Assembly (NCBI GenBank): GCA_014905635.1
Contig: JABVCE010000023.1
Span: 434,001 to 498,000, forward strand
DNA length: 64,000 nucleotides
Direction of reading: 5' to 3'
DNA from: Scenedesmus sp. PABB004
Lineage: Eukaryota
Position numbers and translations under genes: made by a program
Shown here: positions 60,742 to 64,000 of the stretch, in pieces
Layout: each line of letters starts with the position of its first letter
How positions within the stretch are numbered: position 1 is the stretch's first letter
Notes under the pieces: model-generated
What the model was told of the DNA's origin: nothing
The model's database searches: none
Seen by the model: only the letters and a program-made list of their open reading frames with translations

Positions 60742-62595
60742 ATGGCGGGGGGAGGCGCGGGCGCGGAGGCCGCCGAGCAGCCGCAGCAGCGGAGCTGGTG
60801 AGCCGCGGCGCGCGCGGCAGCGGCGGCGGCCACGGAGCCCCACGCGGGCCCGCGGCGCGCACCGTTTTGCTGCCGCCCGGCTGGCGCGTGCGAGTGACAT
60901 TGAGCTGCCCGTGCCCACCGCCTGCCGCCGCAGTGGTGCCGGCGCGGGCGGGGGCTCCGCCGCCTGGCGGCCTGTGGTCGCGGCGCTGGAGCGCAATCAG
61001 TTGGCCACGGAGGTGCTGGTCTCCGGCCTGGGCGTGTCGTGCGGCACAACCCTCACAAACCCCATCGGTGACCGCGCTGGCTGCCCGCTGGCGCGGCAGC
61101 GCGCTGGCCGCGCGCTGGCGGCTGCGCCGCGCCCCGCCCGCGCCCACCGCCCGCCGGCGGGCCTGTCGCGCAGACGTCGTCAAGACGCGCCTGCAGCTGC
61201 GCCCCGGCAACGGCCCCACGCCCGGCATGGTGTGCGCGGCCCCGCTGCCGCGCTGCTGGCCAGCGGCTGCTCGCAGCGGTGGCGCGCTGACGCGGCGCCG
61301 CTCCCCCGCTGGCAGGTGTCCACGGGGCTTGAGATCGCGCGGGCGGAGGGCATGCTGGCACTGTGGCGCGGCTGGGTGCCCGCGGTCGCGCGCGGCATGG
61401 CCTACGGCGGTGCGGGCGGCCCGCACGCGAGCGCACGGGCGCATGGCGCGGCGCGGCGGTGCGCGGCGTGGCGCGTGCCCACCCCCGCCCCCGCGCCCCC
61501 GCGCCCCCGCGCCCCCGCCCCCGCGCCCCCGCGCCAGGGCTGCGCCTGGGGCTGTACAACCCGCTCAAGGCTGCGCTCGGCGACGCGCTGCGCGGCGACG
61601 GCGGCAGCGGCAGCAGCGACAGCAGCGGCAGCAGCGGCAGCAGCGGCGGCGGCGACAGCAGCGGCAGCAGCGGCAGCAGCGGCGGCGGCGACAGCAGCGG
61701 CAGCAGCACCAGCAGCGGCAGCGGCAGCGGCACCAGCAGCGGCGGCAGCAGCGGTGGCGGCAGCGCGGGGGCCAAGTGGCGGAGCGACCTGGCCGTCAAG
61801 CTGCTGGCGGGCGTGCTCAGCGGCTCGGCGGCAGCGGCGCTGCTCAGCCCCACCGAGCTCATCAAGGTGCGGGCCCCCGGCCGAGAGGCGGGGGGGGGGA
61901 GACCCCGCGCGCGCCCGCGCCCGCGCCCCCGCGCCACACCCGCGCGCGCCGCACCCGCGCGCACGCCACGGCCGCGGTCAGGTGCGGCTGCAGGCGCCCG
62001 GCAGCACGCTCACGTCGAGCAGCCAGGCGATCGCCGCGGTGGTCGCGTCCGACGGCGTGGGGGGGCTGTGGAAGGGGGGCACGCCGGGCGTGGTGCGCGC
62101 GGCGGTGCTGACCGCGGCGCAGTGCGTGACGTACGACGAGGCGAAGCGCCGCGTGCTGGCGGCCACGGGCTGGGCCGACGGCGCCGCGGCGCACCTCGCG
62201 ACCGCGCTCATCACGGGCCTCGTCTCCACGACCGCGACAAACCCCGTGGACGTCATCAAGACGCACATGTTTGTCGGTGCGCACCCACGGCGCCGCAGCG
62301 CCGCGCCACGCCCTGCGCACCCCCCCCCCCCGCGCGCGCGCGCGCGCGCGCTGCCGGCAGCCCGTTGCCCACCCCCGCCGCCGCCCCGCCGCCCCGTCGC
62401 CGCCCCGCCGCCGCAGGCGGGCGCGCTCACAGCGGGCCGCTCGCGTGCGCGGCGTCGCTGTACGCCGCGCAGGGCGGCGCCGCGTTCTGGCGCGGCTGGT
62501 CGGCCAACTACGCGCGCCTGGGGCCGCAGACGGTGGTGACGTTCCTGGTCGTGGAGCAGCTGCGCGCGGTGATGGGCTGGCCGCCGCTGGGCTGA
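60742..62595 (+). CDS. Mitochondrial carrier family protein, UCP/dicarboxylate-oxoglutarate (ucpB-like) type
   Basis: TNPIDVVKTRLQ, YGGLRLGLYNPLK, PTELIKVRLQ, RAAVLTAAQCVTYDEAK, NPVDVIKT and FWRGWSANYARLGPQTVVTF; TGA at 62593-62595. Exon 1 at 60742 splices in phase to 60934. Confidence 0.85.
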
Positions 62596-63766
62596 GGGGG
62601 AGAGCGCTGCCACTGTTACTCGACATTCCCTTTCCACCCGCCGCCGCACCGCGGGGCCATGTGTTCGTGACCGCCGAGGAGCACCGCGCGTACGTACGAG
62701 AAGAAGAACAAGCTCACGGACACACACACACACACACACCGCCCCCGCCCCCCCCAGCCAGGCAAGCCAGGCAAGTGCTCGTGCGGCAGGCAGGCAGTGC
62801 TCATGCTCATGCGGCAGGCAGTGCTCGTGCGCAGGCAAACAGGGCGCGCCGCCGTCGGAGCGTGCAGCAGCGCACCGCTGGCGCCCGACCGCGCGCCAGC
62901 GCAATTGTGAGGCGTGTGCGGGAGCCGCCAAGGGTGATGTGAGGCCGGGGACGCAGGGGCCGCCGGGGCGCGGCGCGAGCAGAGGCACGAGCAGAGGCAC
63001 GAGCAGCACGCCGAGCGCGGCTGCAACACACAGTTTGATTTTCGACGACGACGGGTGCTGCACGAGGAGAGGCAGACGACAAAAGCAATGTGCTTTGGCG
63101 CGCGCCCGCGCGCGGGGGCGGCGCGCGCGCGGGCGCACGGCGTGCCGCCGCCGCTGCGGCGCCCGCCCACGCGCACGCGCGCTGCGTGCGAAGGGTTGGT
63201 TGAAGCCCAGCTGATGCACACCAGGAGACCAGGGGCGCGGCGCGCCCCACCGAAGCTGTGCAAGAGAGCCCGGGGCGGCACGGCGCGGTGCGCCGCTGCC
63301 CCCGTTGTCTGCCCGACCCGACCCAAACCCCCACCACCCCGGCGGCGACGGGCAGACGTCGTCGGCGACGCCCGCCGCCGGCGCGGCGCGCGGGCGCAAC
63401 CGCGCGCGCCGCAGCGGCCGACGGCCGCCGCCGCGCGCGCCCCGCCCGGCGCCGCGCGCGCACACACAGGGGACGACAGACGCCGGAGCCAAAGCTGTGT
63501 GCTTGATTCTGGATGCTGCTGCGACGCGGCGGACGCGCCGGCGCCGGCGCGGCAAGCCCGGGGGTGCACATGCGTAGAGGCTTGCCGCCCGGCGACCGGC
63601 GTGCCGGGGCTTTCATTGGCGCGGCCACATGCGCGGGCCGGCGCCAGCCTAGTAGCGTGGCGCGGTGGGCAGGGCGCGGGCGTGGCGGGCTGCCGCCGCG
63701 CGGCCGGCGCCCTCGCCACGCCCCGCCCCCCAGCCCCAGCCCCCCGGCCCCGCGCCCCCGCCGTGC

Positions 63767-63994
63767 TCAGCACACGGGCATGACGCCGCCGTGCGGGGCG
63801 CCGCCGGCGGCGATGTAGGTCTGCAGGCTGCCCACGAGCGCGCGCAGCTCCGCCACCTGCGCCTTCAGGCCCTCGTTCTCCGCCTCCAGCGCACCCATGT
63901 ACGCGTTGCGCCGCGCGCGGCTGCGCTGCGCGCTCTCGCGGCGCTTCTGCTTCACGCGCTCCACCTTGTCGTCGGCGGGCTCAAAGTAGGTCAC
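63767..63994 (-). CDS. Final exon of a bZIP transcription factor; the gene continues beyond the window
   Basis: KVERVKQKRRESAQRSRARRNAYMGALEAENEGLKAQVAELRALV (basic region plus leucine zipper); CAG acceptor at 63995-63997. Confidence 0.88.
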   Translation of the reverse strand: MTYFEPADDKVERVKQKRRESAQRSRARRNAYMGALEAENEGLKAQVAELRALVGSLQTYIAAGGAPHGGVMPVC

Positions 63995-64000
63995 CTGCGC

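Noticed and set aside
62600..63760. Short ORFs and small direct repeats between the carrier and the bZIP gene
   Set aside because: No coherent protein signal; most consistent with convergent 3' UTR or intergenic sequence.
1..64000. Hundreds of long Arg/Ala/Pro/Gly-rich ORFs in the six-frame track
   Set aside because: Expected from stop-codon scarcity at very high GC. They are shadow or antisense frames and read-through introns of the genes listed.

Overview
Eukaryotic, extremely GC-rich, intron-rich nuclear DNA from a chlorophyte green alga (Sphaeropleales-like; my inference from the Rubisco activase, transit peptides and intron style). About 22 protein-coding loci can be supported: BRF1, DGAT2, RPL37, CTF4/WDHD1, V-ATPase subunit C, two SET proteins, two mitochondrial carriers, an Elongin-A-like protein, a CinA-like/HxGH nucleotidyltransferase, a bZIP 3' end, three mosaic F-box/LRR paralogues and several hypotheticals. 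No rRNA, tRNA, CRISPR array or recognisable transposase was found. The top finding is a Rubisco activase (55224..50838, minus) that reads through its normal C-terminus into about 550 extra aa. The extension holds four SAP/HeH-like helical modules joined by disordered linkers with repeated [S/T]WR and DRWA motifs that resemble pyrenoid Rubisco-binding motifs. Directly downstream lies a free-standing gene with a predicted chloroplast transit peptide, built only from the same modules (49925..47307). Together they are a candidate undescribed activase-plus-linker pyrenoid/condensate system. The window is also full of recent inverted duplications of promoters and exons, including a first exon shared by two different carrier subfamilies, a 1245-bp in-frame triplication, a decaying EsV-1-7-repeat gene and many GC-AG introns. 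Exon boundaries were read by eye and need RNA-seq confirmation.
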